DNA from: an uncultured Phycisphaerales bacterium
GTDB taxonomy: Bacteria; Planctomycetota; Phycisphaerae; Sedimentisphaerales; Anaerobacaceae
Length of the DNA: 64,000 nucleotides
Direction: 5' to 3'
Assembly (NCBI GenBank): GCA_963718665.1
Contig: OY970359.1
Location: 128,001-192,000 of the forward strand
In this document: in pieces, positions 8,800 to 20,853 of the stretch
Numbering within the stretch: position 1 is the stretch's first letter
How the letters are laid out: every line of letters begins with the position of its first letter
The notes under the pieces: generated by a model
Databases searched by the model: none
What the model was told of the DNA's origin: nothing
The model's input: only the letters and a program-made list of their open reading frames with translations
Translations under genes and position numbers: made by a program

Positions 8800-10392
8800 T
8801 TAGTCAAGCTGGCAGACATAAATTTCATTAACGAAGTCGAGCTTGCGAAGGTCGTTGATTGTATCCTCATCAGGCGCCTTATCAAGCGAGACAGCGAGGA
8901 CGGCTTTCTGCTGGTCGAGCTTTTGGCCAACGCCCATAGTTGCGATGTTGATTTTGTGCTTGCCAAGCACCGTGCCAAGGTGGCCTATGACGCCGGGGCG
9001 GTCTTCGTTGAAGATAATGACGACCGCACCCTGCGGGGTTATCTCGGCGTTGAAACCGTCGATTTCGATAATTCGCAGGAGCTTTTCGCCGAAGACCGAG
9101 CCGGTGATAGTGCGAGTGGCTTTGTCGGTAACAACCTTAGCGGAGAAGCTGGAAGCGACGTCTTTTGGGGTCGGGTTTTTGGTTTCATCGATACTTATGC
9201 CTCGTTCCTTAGCCAGGACGGGAGTGTTGACCAGGTTCAGCGGCATCTCGAAATGCTTCTGGAGCAGGCCTATTGCGAAATTGAGTGTTACGGCCTGGAG
9301 AGGCATTTCAGCGATAGCGCCGCGATATTCGACCTGGACCTGTTTGATTTGTCCTGAAGCGAGAGTGCTCAGGACAACGCCTATTCGGCGGGCAAGCTCG
9401 GCATATTTGAGAACCAGCGGAGGCACAGCACCGGCAGTCGATGGCGCATTGAGGGCGTTTCTAATGGAATCGCCGCGTAAAGCATTTACAAGTATCTGGG
9501 CGGCCTCAACAGCGACCTCGATTTGGGCTTCTTCGGTGCTTGCGCCGAGGTGAGGCGTAACGAGGCAATTAGCGAATTCCTTGAACCGCGTATTTTCGGG
9601 CGGCTCCTTCGGGAAAACGTCAAGGGCTGCGCCTGCGATGCGTTTTTCGGTCAGAGCCGTGTAAAGCGCATCTTCATTGATGATGCCGCCGCGAGAACAG
9701 TTAACCAGGCGAACGGTCGGTTTCATCATTTTGAACTGTTCGGTGTTAATCATACTGAGCGTCTGCTCGTTCTTGGGAACATGGACGGTGATGTAATCCG
9801 CCTCTTTGTAGATTCTTTCGAGCTTGTCGGTGATTTCGATACCCAACTGGTCGGCTCCCGCTGGGACGGCAAGCGGGTCATAGCCAAGAATCTTCATATC
9901 GAAGCCCCTGGCCATTTTGGCGACGGCCATACCGATTCGGCCCAGACCTATGACGCCGAGAGTTTTGTTATTGAGCTGGTTGCCTTCGTATTGTTTCCTG
10001 TCCCATGCGCCGGCCTTAAGTGAATTACAGGCGGGAACAACATGTCGGCTCATCGCAAGCATCAGGGCCATAGTGTGCTCGGCTGCGCTGAGGGTGTTCC
10101 CGCCGGGCGTATTCATAACAAGGACGCCCTTGCGGGTCGCTTCTTTTACGTCAACGTTATCGATGCCGACGCCTGCTCTGGCAACGGCTTTGAATCTTCC
10201 GGGATTTGCAAGAACTTTCGCGGTAACCTTGGTTGTGCTGCGGATAATCAGGCCATCGTAGCCGCCGATTATACCTGCCAGCTCGTCTTCGCTTATACCC
10301 GTCTTGACGGTAACTTCGACATCGGACATTGCTTTAAGCAGGTTAATGCCTTCCTGTGCGAGTTTGTCTGTAATCAGAACCTTTATCATCAA
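8800..10392 (-). CDS. serA: D-3-phosphoglycerate dehydrogenase with ASB and ACT domains
   Basis: RAGVGIDNVD, GLGRIG, TPHLGASTEEAQ, C-terminal DRPGVIG ACT motif. Confidence 0.95.
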   Translation of the reverse strand: MMIKVLITDKLAQEGINLLKAMSDVEVTVKTGISEDELAGIIGGYDGLIIRSTTKVTAKVLANPGRFKAVARAGVGIDNVDVKEATRKGVLVMNTPGGNTLSAAEHTMALMLAMSRHVVPACNSLKAGAWDRKQYEGNQLNNKTLGVIGLGRIGMAVAKMARGFDMKILGYDPLAVPAGADQLGIEITDKLERIYKEADYITVHVPKNEQTLSMINTEQFKMMKPTVRLVNCSRGGIINEDALYTALTEKRIAGAALDVFPKEPPENTRFKEFANCLVTPHLGASTEEAQIEVAVEAAQILVNALRGDSIRNALNAPSTAGAVPPLVLKYAELARRIGVVLSTLASGQIKQVQVEYRGAIAEMPLQAVTLNFAIGLLQKHFEMPLNLVNTPVLAKERGISIDETKNPTPKDVASSFSAKVVTDKATRTITGSVFGEKLLRIIEIDGFNAEITPQGAVVIIFNEDRPGVIGHLGTVLGKHKINIATMGVGQKLDQQKAVLAVSLDKAPDEDTINDLRKLDFVNEIYVCQLD

Positions 10393-10440
10393 ATCATCCT
10401 TATATAAAAAAAGTTTCAGGTAAAATTTAGTTTATCAGTT

Positions 10441-11157
10441 TCACCACCCCGAGGCGGTTCGCTCATCCGATATTTTGAAACCGGTTTTTGGACAATTATA
10501 AAGATATCTTGTAACACAGTGCGAAGCGGCGGCGGCCAGACGGACAACAGCAGCATCCCGGCCCCGCCGCTCTGACTCGAACCCCACCTGAACAAGACGT
10601 GAGTTCTCGGTGGTCGGCCAGAGCTTTTCGCCTGATGAGACCCTGTAAAGCGACGCGTAAGCATCAAGTGAGCCGGCGACGTAGCCGCCCTCTGGTATAT
10701 CGCGGATTTTGCAGTCGGTAACGGTAACGACCAGTACCAGGTCGGCGCCGAGTTTTTCACCAACCTGCGTCGGGGAAAGCGTATAAAAATCAGGCGTTGC
10801 GGCTCGCAAATCGGCAAGAGAGTGATAATCGATAAACAGCGAGGGCGATATCCTGGCCCTGTCTTTGTCCTGAAGAATTTTGGTTATCATATCGGTGATA
10901 TAGAATCGCAGGTTGGGATAGGCGCTTAGATAAGCGGGCTGGTCAACAAAGACGAGAATTTTCTGGTCCTTGTCTTTGGAGAGGTCGTATTCAGCCGAAG
11001 CGCCTGCTTCGGCAGAAGTCGGGGTGCTGATGACGGATACCAAACCCACGGCATCACAGCCGGCGTAAAACAGAACCAGCGGCAGGCCCGCGCAAAATAA
11101 TACGGCGGGCCAAAACGAGCATATCGTGATACCAGATTTTGCCTTTTTCGGTTTCAC
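10441..11157 (-). CDS. Hypothetical lipoprotein
   Basis: Basic N-terminus, hydrophobic stretch, YAGC lipobox-like motif. Confidence 0.7.
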   Translation of the reverse strand: MKPKKAKSGITICSFWPAVLFCAGLPLVLFYAGCDAVGLVSVISTPTSAEAGASAEYDLSKDKDQKILVFVDQPAYLSAYPNLRFYITDMITKILQDKDRARISPSLFIDYHSLADLRAATPDFYTLSPTQVGEKLGADLVLVVTVTDCKIRDIPEGGYVAGSLDAYASLYRVSSGEKLWPTTENSRLVQVGFESERRGRDAAVVRLAAAASHCVTRYLYNCPKTGFKISDERTASGW

Positions 11158-11172
11158 TTCACCTCAGCGTCT

Positions 11173-11640
11173 TCAATTGCCGCTGTTCTGTGCTATTGCT
11201 CTTGCGAGCGTTACAGCCCAGCCGGCAGCCAAAATCAACAACAACGCGGCGAGGATGTATCGCAGTTTCAGCGATGCAAGCCGCCGCTCAAGTAACGGTG
11301 AATATACGCCAAAACCGGCGACAAGGAAAGCAAAAAATGCGATTATAGTCGCAAGACAGCAGAAAAATCCCGCGGCGGGCTGGGCGTAAAAGGCGTCGCT
11401 TATATGCCCGTGGGAAAAAGCGATGACGGCGGTGGTCATACCACAGGTCGGGCAAGGGAGGTTATAACGCTGCTTAAAGCCGCAGGGATAAGGATATAAA
11501 GAGAAATGGAATTGGCCCATAAGCCAGCCAAGAGTAAAGCCGGCGGCAATGACAAGAAAGACGGCGGCCGCAATCAGCCGCTGATTGGCGGTAGCACGCG
11601 AAAACAACTTCGGCAAGATTGGTTGTTGGCCTGATTCCAT
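11173..11640 (-). CDS. DUF2752-family membrane protein
   Basis: PCGF...LPCPTCGMTTA motif flanked by TM helices. Confidence 0.8.
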   Translation of the reverse strand: MESGQQPILPKLFSRATANQRLIAAAVFLVIAAGFTLGWLMGQFHFSLYPYPCGFKQRYNLPCPTCGMTTAVIAFSHGHISDAFYAQPAAGFFCCLATIIAFFAFLVAGFGVYSPLLERRLASLKLRYILAALLLILAAGWAVTLARAIAQNSGN

Positions 11641-11692
11641 AAGGGCGTTACAATACCGGTATTCTCAGATTGCGTCAAGAAAGGAAAAATAT

Positions 11693-12505
11693 ATGGGACT
11701 TGAACAAAAGGATTTGAGCAGGATGCTGGAAGCGGCGGAGGTCGCGGCCCGATTGGCGGGACAAAGGGCGATGGAGGAATTGAGCCATATTAAGGTGTCC
11801 GTGAAAGGGCCGGACCAGCTCGTAACGCAGGCGGATACGATTTGCCAGCAAATAATAATCGACCGGATAAAGGAAACATATCCGGACGACGGATTTATAG
11901 GCGAGGAAGGCCCGAAAGGCAAGATGTTCAAACAGCCGCCAAGGGGAAGCAAAAAGGTGTGGTGGGTAATCGACCCGATTGACGGGACGACCAATTTCGC
12001 CAAAGGGATGCTGTTGTTTTCGGTATCGATTGCGGCGATGTATGAGGGTGAGCCGGTGGTGGGAGTGATTTATGACCCGGCGACGGACTCGATGTTCACG
12101 ACCGTAAAAGGAGGCGAGGCCCGGCTAAATAACAGGCGAATCATCGCCAGCGACGACGGCTTCGACAACTTCTCCAGTATCGGCACCGACAGCTTCTTCG
12201 ATAATGGCGTGCCGAAATGGGTAATCGCGCTTATGAAAAAGGCGAGGTTGCGCACCTTAGGCAGCTCGTGCCTGCAATTAGCGTATTTAGCGAAAGGTTC
12301 GCTTGTCGGGGTGGTTTTTGTCAGGCCGAAGATTTGGGACGTGGCGGCGGGCATCTTGATAGCCGAATCCGCGGGCGCAATCGTCAGCGGCTGGAAAGGC
12401 AACAAGCTTTTCCCGATAAACCTCGACAATTACGCGGGGCAGGAACTGGCGACCGTCGGGGGAAACAAAAAGGTTTACTCAGAAATGGCGGCACTACTCA
12501 AATAA
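11693..12505 (+). CDS. suhB: Inositol monophosphatase family protein
   Basis: LVTQAD, IGEE, WVIDPIDGTTNF, WDVAAG motifs. Confidence 0.88.
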   Translation: MGLEQKDLSRMLEAAEVAARLAGQRAMEELSHIKVSVKGPDQLVTQADTICQQIIIDRIKETYPDDGFIGEEGPKGKMFKQPPRGSKKVWWVIDPIDGTTNFAKGMLLFSVSIAAMYEGEPVVGVIYDPATDSMFTTVKGGEARLNNRRIIASDDGFDNFSSIGTDSFFDNGVPKWVIALMKKARLRTLGSSCLQLAYLAKGSLVGVVFVRPKIWDVAAGILIAESAGAIVSGWKGNKLFPINLDNYAGQELATVGGNKKVYSEMAALLK

Positions 12506-12539
12506 TTTCGGATTTCGGATTGTAGATTGCGGATTTGCA
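12505..12539 (+). repeat. 7-nt array, left arm around the four-helix-bundle gene
   Basis: ATTTCGG ATTTCGG ATTGTAG ATTGCGG ATTTGCA. Confidence 0.8.
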
Positions 12540-12557
12540 ATAAGGAATGTTGATTTT

Positions 12558-12911
12558 ATGACACCGGAAGAATTGAAAAGAAGAACAAAAGCATTTGGGC
12601 TTACCGTAATCAAATTGGTTGACCAGCTTCCTCGAACTCGTTCAGCAAATGCTATTGGAAATCAATTGGTTCGCTCTGCTACCTCCGTTGGCGCCAATTA
12701 CCGTGCGGCCTGTCGTGCAAGATCAAAAGCAGAATTTGCTGCAAAATTAGGAATTGTTGAGGAAGAAGCGGATGAGTCGGCATACTGGATTGAGATGTTG
12801 ATTGAAGCGGGTATGGCACCGCAGAATCGTGTTACAGAAATGCTTAGTGAAGCCAATGAACTGGTAGCAATAGTCGTCGCTTCTTTGAATACCGTAAAGA
12901 AAACACGATAA
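12558..12911 (+). CDS. Four helix bundle protein (TIGR02436 / 23S rRNA IVS-protein-like family)
   Basis: QLVRSATSVGANYRAACRARSKAEFAAKLGIVEEEADESAYWIE signature. Confidence 0.92.
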   Translation: MTPEELKRRTKAFGLTVIKLVDQLPRTRSANAIGNQLVRSATSVGANYRAACRARSKAEFAAKLGIVEEEADESAYWIEMLIEAGMAPQNRVTEMLSEANELVAIVVASLNTVKKTR

Positions 12912-12920
12912 CTTGTTAGT

Positions 12921-12941
12921 ATGCAATCTGCAATCCGCAAT
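12921..12941 (-). repeat. 7-nt array, right arm (inverted)
   Basis: ATGCAAT CTGCAAT CCGCAAT; reverse complement ATTGCGG ATTGCAG ATTGCAT matches the left-arm units. Confidence 0.8.
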
Positions 12942-13087
12942 GAATCACCTTGGGTCTGGCACTTGTTGTATAGCAATAATTTTTACTTTTTTCACCTGTA
13001 CCCCCCTGCCGGAGGCGAATTTTGTCCCCTTTTTTAAAAAATCTGCTTAGATAGTGTCATATTATGTCACTGCTGGGGGATTTTCTA

Positions 13088-13116
13088 TTGACTTTGTTCA
13101 TAATGCTGGTTATAGT
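13088..13116 (+). promoter_or_regulatory. Candidate sigma70 promoter of the dockerin/PLC-like island
   Basis: TTGACT-N17-TATAGT; near-palindrome AGTGTCATA-T-TATGTCACT at 13053-13071 just upstream. Confidence 0.55.
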
Positions 13117-13160
13117 CAGCTTGTTATGATAAAAAACACTACCCAAGGAGAGGACATTTT

Positions 13161-13889
13161 ATGAGCAATCCTAAGTTGCTTATATTTGCGGGGGTTATCT
13201 GTCTTGGAGCTTGTGGCCTTGTTCCGGCCTACGATATCCCTAATCTGGATCTGAACAACGACAGCAGGGTCGATTTTTCTGATTTCGCCATACTGGCAGG
13301 CAACTGGCAACAATCAGGAACCAACCTTGCGGGCGACATCGATAACAGTGGAACGGTAGATATAAATGACCTTACTGTTTTTTGCTGGTATTGGCTTACC
13401 GAATATAGCGAGTATCAGCAATGCCAAAAAGCGGATTTGAATAACGATGGCATAATCGCCTTTGAGGATTTGGCCATATTTGCACAAAACTGGTTACAGG
13501 CGGGCACAGGTCTTATCGGTGATTTTGATGACAGCAATCTCGTTGACTATGCTGATTTAGCCGTAATGGCGGATTGCTGGCTTAAAGGAAATAGGCCGGA
13601 GGATATCTGGGAACAATTCAAAGCGGCTTTGAATGCCGGTGATACAAATAAGGCACTGACTTTTGTCTCTGAAATATCGAGGGACAAATATGCCTCTATT
13701 TTCCAAATCATCGGGCCAGGCTTGCCGGATTACGCCGCAGGGATGGGCGATTTGATTTTAAAATCGACCTCCGAAATAGATGGAGAAATCAAATATGAAA
13801 TGACTCATCAGGTCAGTTCCGCCACATATCTCTTCCCGGTTATTTTTATAAAAGATGAGCATGGAAACTGGCAAATATACAACTTCTAA
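13161..13889 (+). CDS. Exported protein with four dockerin-type Ca-binding repeats and a C-terminal NTF2/SnoaL-like domain
   Basis: Signal peptide; DLNNDSRVDFSD, DIDNSGTVDIND, DLNNDGIIAFED, DFDDSNLVDYAD each followed by W; C-terminus WEQFKAALNAGD...FIKDEHGNWQIYNF. Confidence 0.8.
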   Translation: MSNPKLLIFAGVICLGACGLVPAYDIPNLDLNNDSRVDFSDFAILAGNWQQSGTNLAGDIDNSGTVDINDLTVFCWYWLTEYSEYQQCQKADLNNDGIIAFEDLAIFAQNWLQAGTGLIGDFDDSNLVDYADLAVMADCWLKGNRPEDIWEQFKAALNAGDTNKALTFVSEISRDKYASIFQIIGPGLPDYAAGMGDLILKSTSEIDGEIKYEMTHQVSSATYLFPVIFIKDEHGNWQIYNF

Positions 13890-13908
13890 AAATTAGGATG
13901 GCGAATAA

Positions 13909-14262
13909 GTGGTGACGGAACAAGAAAACGACAAAAAACCAGATAACCCGCAAAGAAACTGGGTTGATACTGCAATGGATATAATTTTCCTAACGCCAAT
14001 AGCCATCGTGGCATTTATTGGAGGAGCTTATTTATTGATAAGAGTAATAGGACGTTTTGTGCCTTTTTGGTTCTCCGGCATCGCAGGTCCCCTTACAGTT
14101 CTTGCGTTTGATGTGTTATGGGGTGTTATTATGAAACAGTGGCATCCTATAAGCGACCAAATGAAAGTACTCAAAAAAATTCTATTTGTAATTGTATATG
14201 CCTTCTCTACATCAGTATTGGTATGTTGGTTAATAGGCCGTCTTTTCCGTCATGTATGGTGA
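13909..14262 (+). CDS. Small three-TM hypothetical membrane protein
   Basis: 117-aa ORF, GTG start, three hydrophobic helices, operonic spacing. Confidence 0.65.
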   Translation: MVTEQENDKKPDNPQRNWVDTAMDIIFLTPIAIVAFIGGAYLLIRVIGRFVPFWFSGIAGPLTVLAFDVLWGVIMKQWHPISDQMKVLKKILFVIVYAFSTSVLVCWLIGRLFRHVW

Positions 14263-14272
14263 GGATTAGGAA

Positions 14273-16333
14273 ATGAATAAATATGGAATTCCGACATTGC
14301 TGATAATAACTATCATTCTTCTTGCATTTGGCGGCACCGTTTTTGGTTTTTGCAACCAAATTACGCATCCTGCAATAACAAGCAGTGCCGTCGGGGAATC
14401 GGTAATTGACGACTATTTGAAAAACCAACTTGGTATGGTTAATGGCATTCAGACCCAATTAAACTATCAGCCTGATTGGTATCAGATGTATATTCAATAC
14501 AGGTTGCAAAGAGGCGGTTATTCGACAGGTGGGCCTAATAGAACAGTTTTAGAATGGATGAAATCGGGTAGTGTTATCGAAGATGAGGATAAGGATGTTT
14601 GGCCTCCATTCCTACCAAGTATTCGACCTCGGCATCATTTTCACGACCCTTTACGCAATTCAGGACTCGATGATAAAACAGACCATCCAAACTATGCTAA
14701 CCTATTTGCGTGGACCACTCATTTTTACCCGGGCGAATTCGATGTTACTGGCCAATCTGCCATAGTGTGGGCTATAAAAGGAACAGCACCGTATGATAAA
14801 GAGCCGACTACCAATGCGCAATCATGGGTTAATGCAAGAGATGATTTTTATTCGGCATTGACCGACCCTAATTCGCTCTGGAGGGAATACTATCTTGCCT
14901 CTGCATTTTTGGATTTGGGTTCTGTGGCACACATGATTGAAGATATGGGCGTGCCTGCACATACGAGAAATGATTTTCTGTTCGGACACTATCAGCCCCC
15001 TGCGAGTATCGGTAATGATTTTGAAAACTGGGTTGAAGGAATTGTTAAGAGTGATGGCAACCAATGCCCGTGGTCGAGCAGTTCGCCTGTGATTTTTGAT
15101 AAACTTGCCAAATATTTCGATGCTAATGCTTACTTAGGTGATTATCTTGGCGATGGCGTTTTGCCACCAAATACCTGGGGGCTTTCCGAATGCAGCAATT
15201 ATCAGTTTCTTTCAACAAGCACGATGTTCGGGTGCACCGGGATAAAATATCAATTTCCTAATCCTGCCAAAGAGCATCTCGGCCCAGATTTATCAAACCC
15301 CGTACCGGAAGGGGTAAAATTGTATTTCAATGGCTCAAACTATGGTGTTTCTCATCTTGCCCGCGAATCCTATACATACTATTTTACAGACGAACACGGC
15401 GTTTACGGCGAGGAAATAGACAATACTAACACTACAGACGATGTGCAGGTCTTTGAAGATTACGCCAATATCACGGTTCCGCGAACGATTAACTATGCGA
15501 CCGGCCTGATAAATTACTTTTTCCGCGGAAAACTGAGTATCGAGCAAACCGATTGCAACAATGGCAAAATCGTGATTGCAATTACAAACAAATCGACCAA
15601 TTCCGATGTAAACCAAATATTAAAAGGTGGGACATTCACGCTCTATTGGGATGATTCGTCAGGCAATAGAACCGTCGTAAGCGATTTTACCGTTTACCAG
15701 CCGGGCACTGAGCCGATAGCGGGCAACGAGTGGAATTCGTCAGCACAAATGAATTATGGCCAGACCACTAAGGCGGTTTTCACTCCGCCGACTTCGGATG
15801 ATATTCAATATGTTCTGATCTATGAAGGAATTATCAGCTCAAACCCAAATTCACCCGACTCGGACGATACACGCCAAATCGCGACGGGCAAGGCGCAAAT
15901 GTCCCTTTGTGACATTTCCAGCACTTATTCGGCAGTATTAACTGGTGTTGTTACGTGTTATCCATCTCCATTTCCGGATTCCGCGGCAGAAACTCTTAAT
16001 GACGTAAATGTTACCTTAAATTTTTTATGCAAATGTTACAATAGGTGCTGGTATTGGGGTCATAGCCCAGACGGATATTGGCAATATGTGCTATGGTTGG
16101 ATTATTATGATTTAGGTGCACATTTTTACATAAGAAGCGAACGGATGTACTATACAAGAACCGCTTTTGTAAGTTATTTTAATTTAACAGGTGACAATAC
16201 GCTTGCAAATGAATTATCTGGTGACTGCGCAACATTTGACGGCTACGATTTAATTAACGCTTGTGAATTTTGTGCGTGGGGCAGGATAGGAGCATGCGCA
16301 AGTGGCGGCACAGTGCATTTGGTCAGGAACTAA
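14273..16333 (+). CDS. Secreted Zn-dependent phospholipase C / P1-nuclease-fold protein with Cys-rich C-terminus
   Basis: Signal peptide followed by FCNQITH; EDED, RHHFHDP, LGSVAHMIEDMGVPAHTRND and FENWV match the order of PLC/P1 zinc ligands. Confidence 0.72.
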   Translation: MNKYGIPTLLIITIILLAFGGTVFGFCNQITHPAITSSAVGESVIDDYLKNQLGMVNGIQTQLNYQPDWYQMYIQYRLQRGGYSTGGPNRTVLEWMKSGSVIEDEDKDVWPPFLPSIRPRHHFHDPLRNSGLDDKTDHPNYANLFAWTTHFYPGEFDVTGQSAIVWAIKGTAPYDKEPTTNAQSWVNARDDFYSALTDPNSLWREYYLASAFLDLGSVAHMIEDMGVPAHTRNDFLFGHYQPPASIGNDFENWVEGIVKSDGNQCPWSSSSPVIFDKLAKYFDANAYLGDYLGDGVLPPNTWGLSECSNYQFLSTSTMFGCTGIKYQFPNPAKEHLGPDLSNPVPEGVKLYFNGSNYGVSHLARESYTYYFTDEHGVYGEEIDNTNTTDDVQVFEDYANITVPRTINYATGLINYFFRGKLSIEQTDCNNGKIVIAITNKSTNSDVNQILKGGTFTLYWDDSSGNRTVVSDFTVYQPGTEPIAGNEWNSSAQMNYGQTTKAVFTPPTSDDIQYVLIYEGIISSNPNSPDSDDTRQIATGKAQMSLCDISSTYSAVLTGVVTCYPSPFPDSAAETLNDVNVTLNFLCKCYNRCWYWGHSPDGYWQYVLWLDYYDLGAHFYIRSERMYYTRTAFVSYFNLTGDNTLANELSGDCATFDGYDLINACEFCAWGRIGACASGGTVHLVRN

Positions 16334-16401
16334 GTATGTCTTGTTGTGGCGGATTTTTGCCAACAGCGTGTAGAAGCCAGCAATCAGTGTTCGTATTTTA
16401 A

Positions 16402-16417
16402 AATCGACAATCGTCAA

Positions 16418-16418
<1 letters not shown>
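16402..16418 (+). repeat. Short 7-nt array next to the PilX-like stop codon
   Basis: AATCGAC AATCGTC AAT. Confidence 0.45.
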
Positions 16419-18988
<2,570 letters not shown>

Positions 18989-18989
18989 A

Positions 18990-20078
18990 TCAGTCGCCCA
19001 GATAAACGATATGGGTAAATGTTTGGCCATCCTTGAACACGCCTTGTGAATCGTAAAGCGTGAAGGTGAATTTTAACGCCTGCGGATACACTGGTTTGTT
19101 AGCTATGTTGCGCGGATTAAGAAGCGGGTCAGGATAATAATATCCTTGTGCCCCACTATATGAAAACCAGTTTGAAAAGGACGGTGCGGGTGCGGCCGTA
19201 TTAAAGTAAAAGCCGAATGGATTGAGATTCATATTCATACCCGATGAACCAAAATCGGAATAGGTAGTGTTGCCGCTGCTGCCGGGGTCGATGCTCGGCC
19301 ACCAATAAACATATTCCTGGCCCGCATTAATATACGAGTAACTCCATTGAACAGAAAAACTGCCCACCTTTTCGGCCATCAGCATATGCGGGTCGTTTGT
19401 GTCAACCAGGTCAACTATCGGTCTTGAGATAAAACAAGCAGTGATTATCTGGTTGACATTAGCAGGGCCGTTTGTAAGGTCGTTTGTTAGCGCCTGCCAC
19501 TGCGACAGGGAAAAACGGTCGTATTCATACAAATCGTTGTTATGCAAATTGAAAGGGTTAAGAGGGTTAAGAAAGTTATACGGGTCGGGCCAAGAGTTGA
19601 GGTCGGTTTCGGTGGTTGAGATTTGCTGTCTTCGGGCGAGAAGGCGGTAATTGCCGTGGAGGTTTTGGGGGTCATTCGTCCATTTACAGCGATAGTCATA
19701 GCTGCGTGCCTGACCATACTGGATTCTCGCAAGATTGCCGACGATTGTTTTATTTGCCCATTGGCCTACCGACTGGAAATCGCCGTCGGCGAAAAACATA
19801 ATCTGGTCTAATCTCTTATTAGGGTCATTGGGGTCCAATTGAAACCATATAAACAGCGGGGCATTTTTGCGGAGGCCTCTGAAATCGCTACTCAACTGGT
19901 CGGTAATGGCGCGGAATTTATGCATAATTTCGGCCTGGGCAGTGGCGACGCGGTATGCGGCGATGCTGGTTTTGAAGACCGTGCCGGCAAAGACAACCAC
20001 CATCGCCATTACGCCTATGGCGACGACGAGTTCGACGAGGGTGAAACCGTCCTGTGTATTGTGTTGTTTGTTGTTCAT
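18990..20078 (-). CDS. Prepilin-type protein (PilW/GspJ-like)
   Basis: DG|FTLVELVVAI N-methylation motif. Confidence 0.85.
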   Translation of the reverse strand: MNNKQHNTQDGFTLVELVVAIGVMAMVVVFAGTVFKTSIAAYRVATAQAEIMHKFRAITDQLSSDFRGLRKNAPLFIWFQLDPNDPNKRLDQIMFFADGDFQSVGQWANKTIVGNLARIQYGQARSYDYRCKWTNDPQNLHGNYRLLARRQQISTTETDLNSWPDPYNFLNPLNPFNLHNNDLYEYDRFSLSQWQALTNDLTNGPANVNQIITACFISRPIVDLVDTNDPHMLMAEKVGSFSVQWSYSYINAGQEYVYWWPSIDPGSSGNTTYSDFGSSGMNMNLNPFGFYFNTAAPAPSFSNWFSYSGAQGYYYPDPLLNPRNIANKPVYPQALKFTFTLYDSQGVFKDGQTFTHIVYLGD

Positions 20079-20090
20079 AGTTCGTAGCAA

Positions 20091-20843
20091 TTAAAAGCGC
20101 ATAACTTTTTGATAAACACCAATACAGGGGTATCGACTGCTATTAACGGGAGGCGGAACGACCCAGACCTTTGATGGAACCCCCTGCCAGTCCTTGTCCA
20201 GTCGGATCACATTTGTCACACTTGGGCTGGCTGAATATCTTTCGAGAACACGATATATATTGCCGGTTGTATCATCCAAAATGGTATAGCCGTCATTGAT
20301 AAAATTAGGTGGGACCAAAGTATCATTTATCAAAAGCTCATCCGCCATGCCGCCGGGTCTTGCAGATACAGATACGAAAACAGGAACCGGCCTTGATGAG
20401 GATACGAGACTATTCGATCCCCGCATATAATATGCCGTATTTTTTCCGACTTTGCGGGAAACAAAAACGGTAACTTGAACGTCGTTAATGTCCATACTTC
20501 GAGATATAGCAGACCACCAGTATTGCTTGGAATTGGGGTCGGATGTCGGCGTTGATGGATACGCAAACTCGGCATTGGAAGCAGTACTAATATAGCTAAT
20601 GCCGCCATAAAGTTTTATTTTTGCGAAGGCCTCGTCAGCGACTATCGGGGCGATGGTGCGCTCTGTGGCAACCGTCGTAAAATGAATACTCACGGGAAAC
20701 GCCCCCGCGATAAAAAGCATCCCAACCGCCAGCAACCCGATAGCAATGAGAACCTCGGTGAGGGAAAACGCGTGTCTCGTCACTCGTGACTCGTGACTCG
20801 CAGTTCGAAGTTCAACGTTCTGTGTTCGATGTTCAATGTTCAT
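20091..20843 (-). CDS. Prepilin-type protein (PilV/GspI-like)
   Basis: HA|FSLTEVLIAIGLLAVG motif. Confidence 0.85.
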   Translation of the reverse strand: MNIEHRTQNVELRTASHESRVTRHAFSLTEVLIAIGLLAVGMLFIAGAFPVSIHFTTVATERTIAPIVADEAFAKIKLYGGISYISTASNAEFAYPSTPTSDPNSKQYWWSAISRSMDINDVQVTVFVSRKVGKNTAYYMRGSNSLVSSSRPVPVFVSVSARPGGMADELLINDTLVPPNFINDGYTILDDTTGNIYRVLERYSASPSVTNVIRLDKDWQGVPSKVWVVPPPVNSSRYPCIGVYQKVMRF

Positions 20844-20853
20844 TATTTTATCG

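Noticed and set aside
12558..12911. Diversity-generating retroelement (Avd-like gene) or rRNA intervening sequence
   Set aside because: No reverse transcriptase, template/variable repeat pair or rRNA gene in the window
12957..12975. Sigma54 promoter (TGGCAC...)
   Set aside because: The -12 TTGC element is missing at the required spacing
18989..19030. Track start of the 870-aa ORF at 19030
   Set aside because: Overlaps the upstream gene; the ATG at 18988 right after the upstream stop is more plausible
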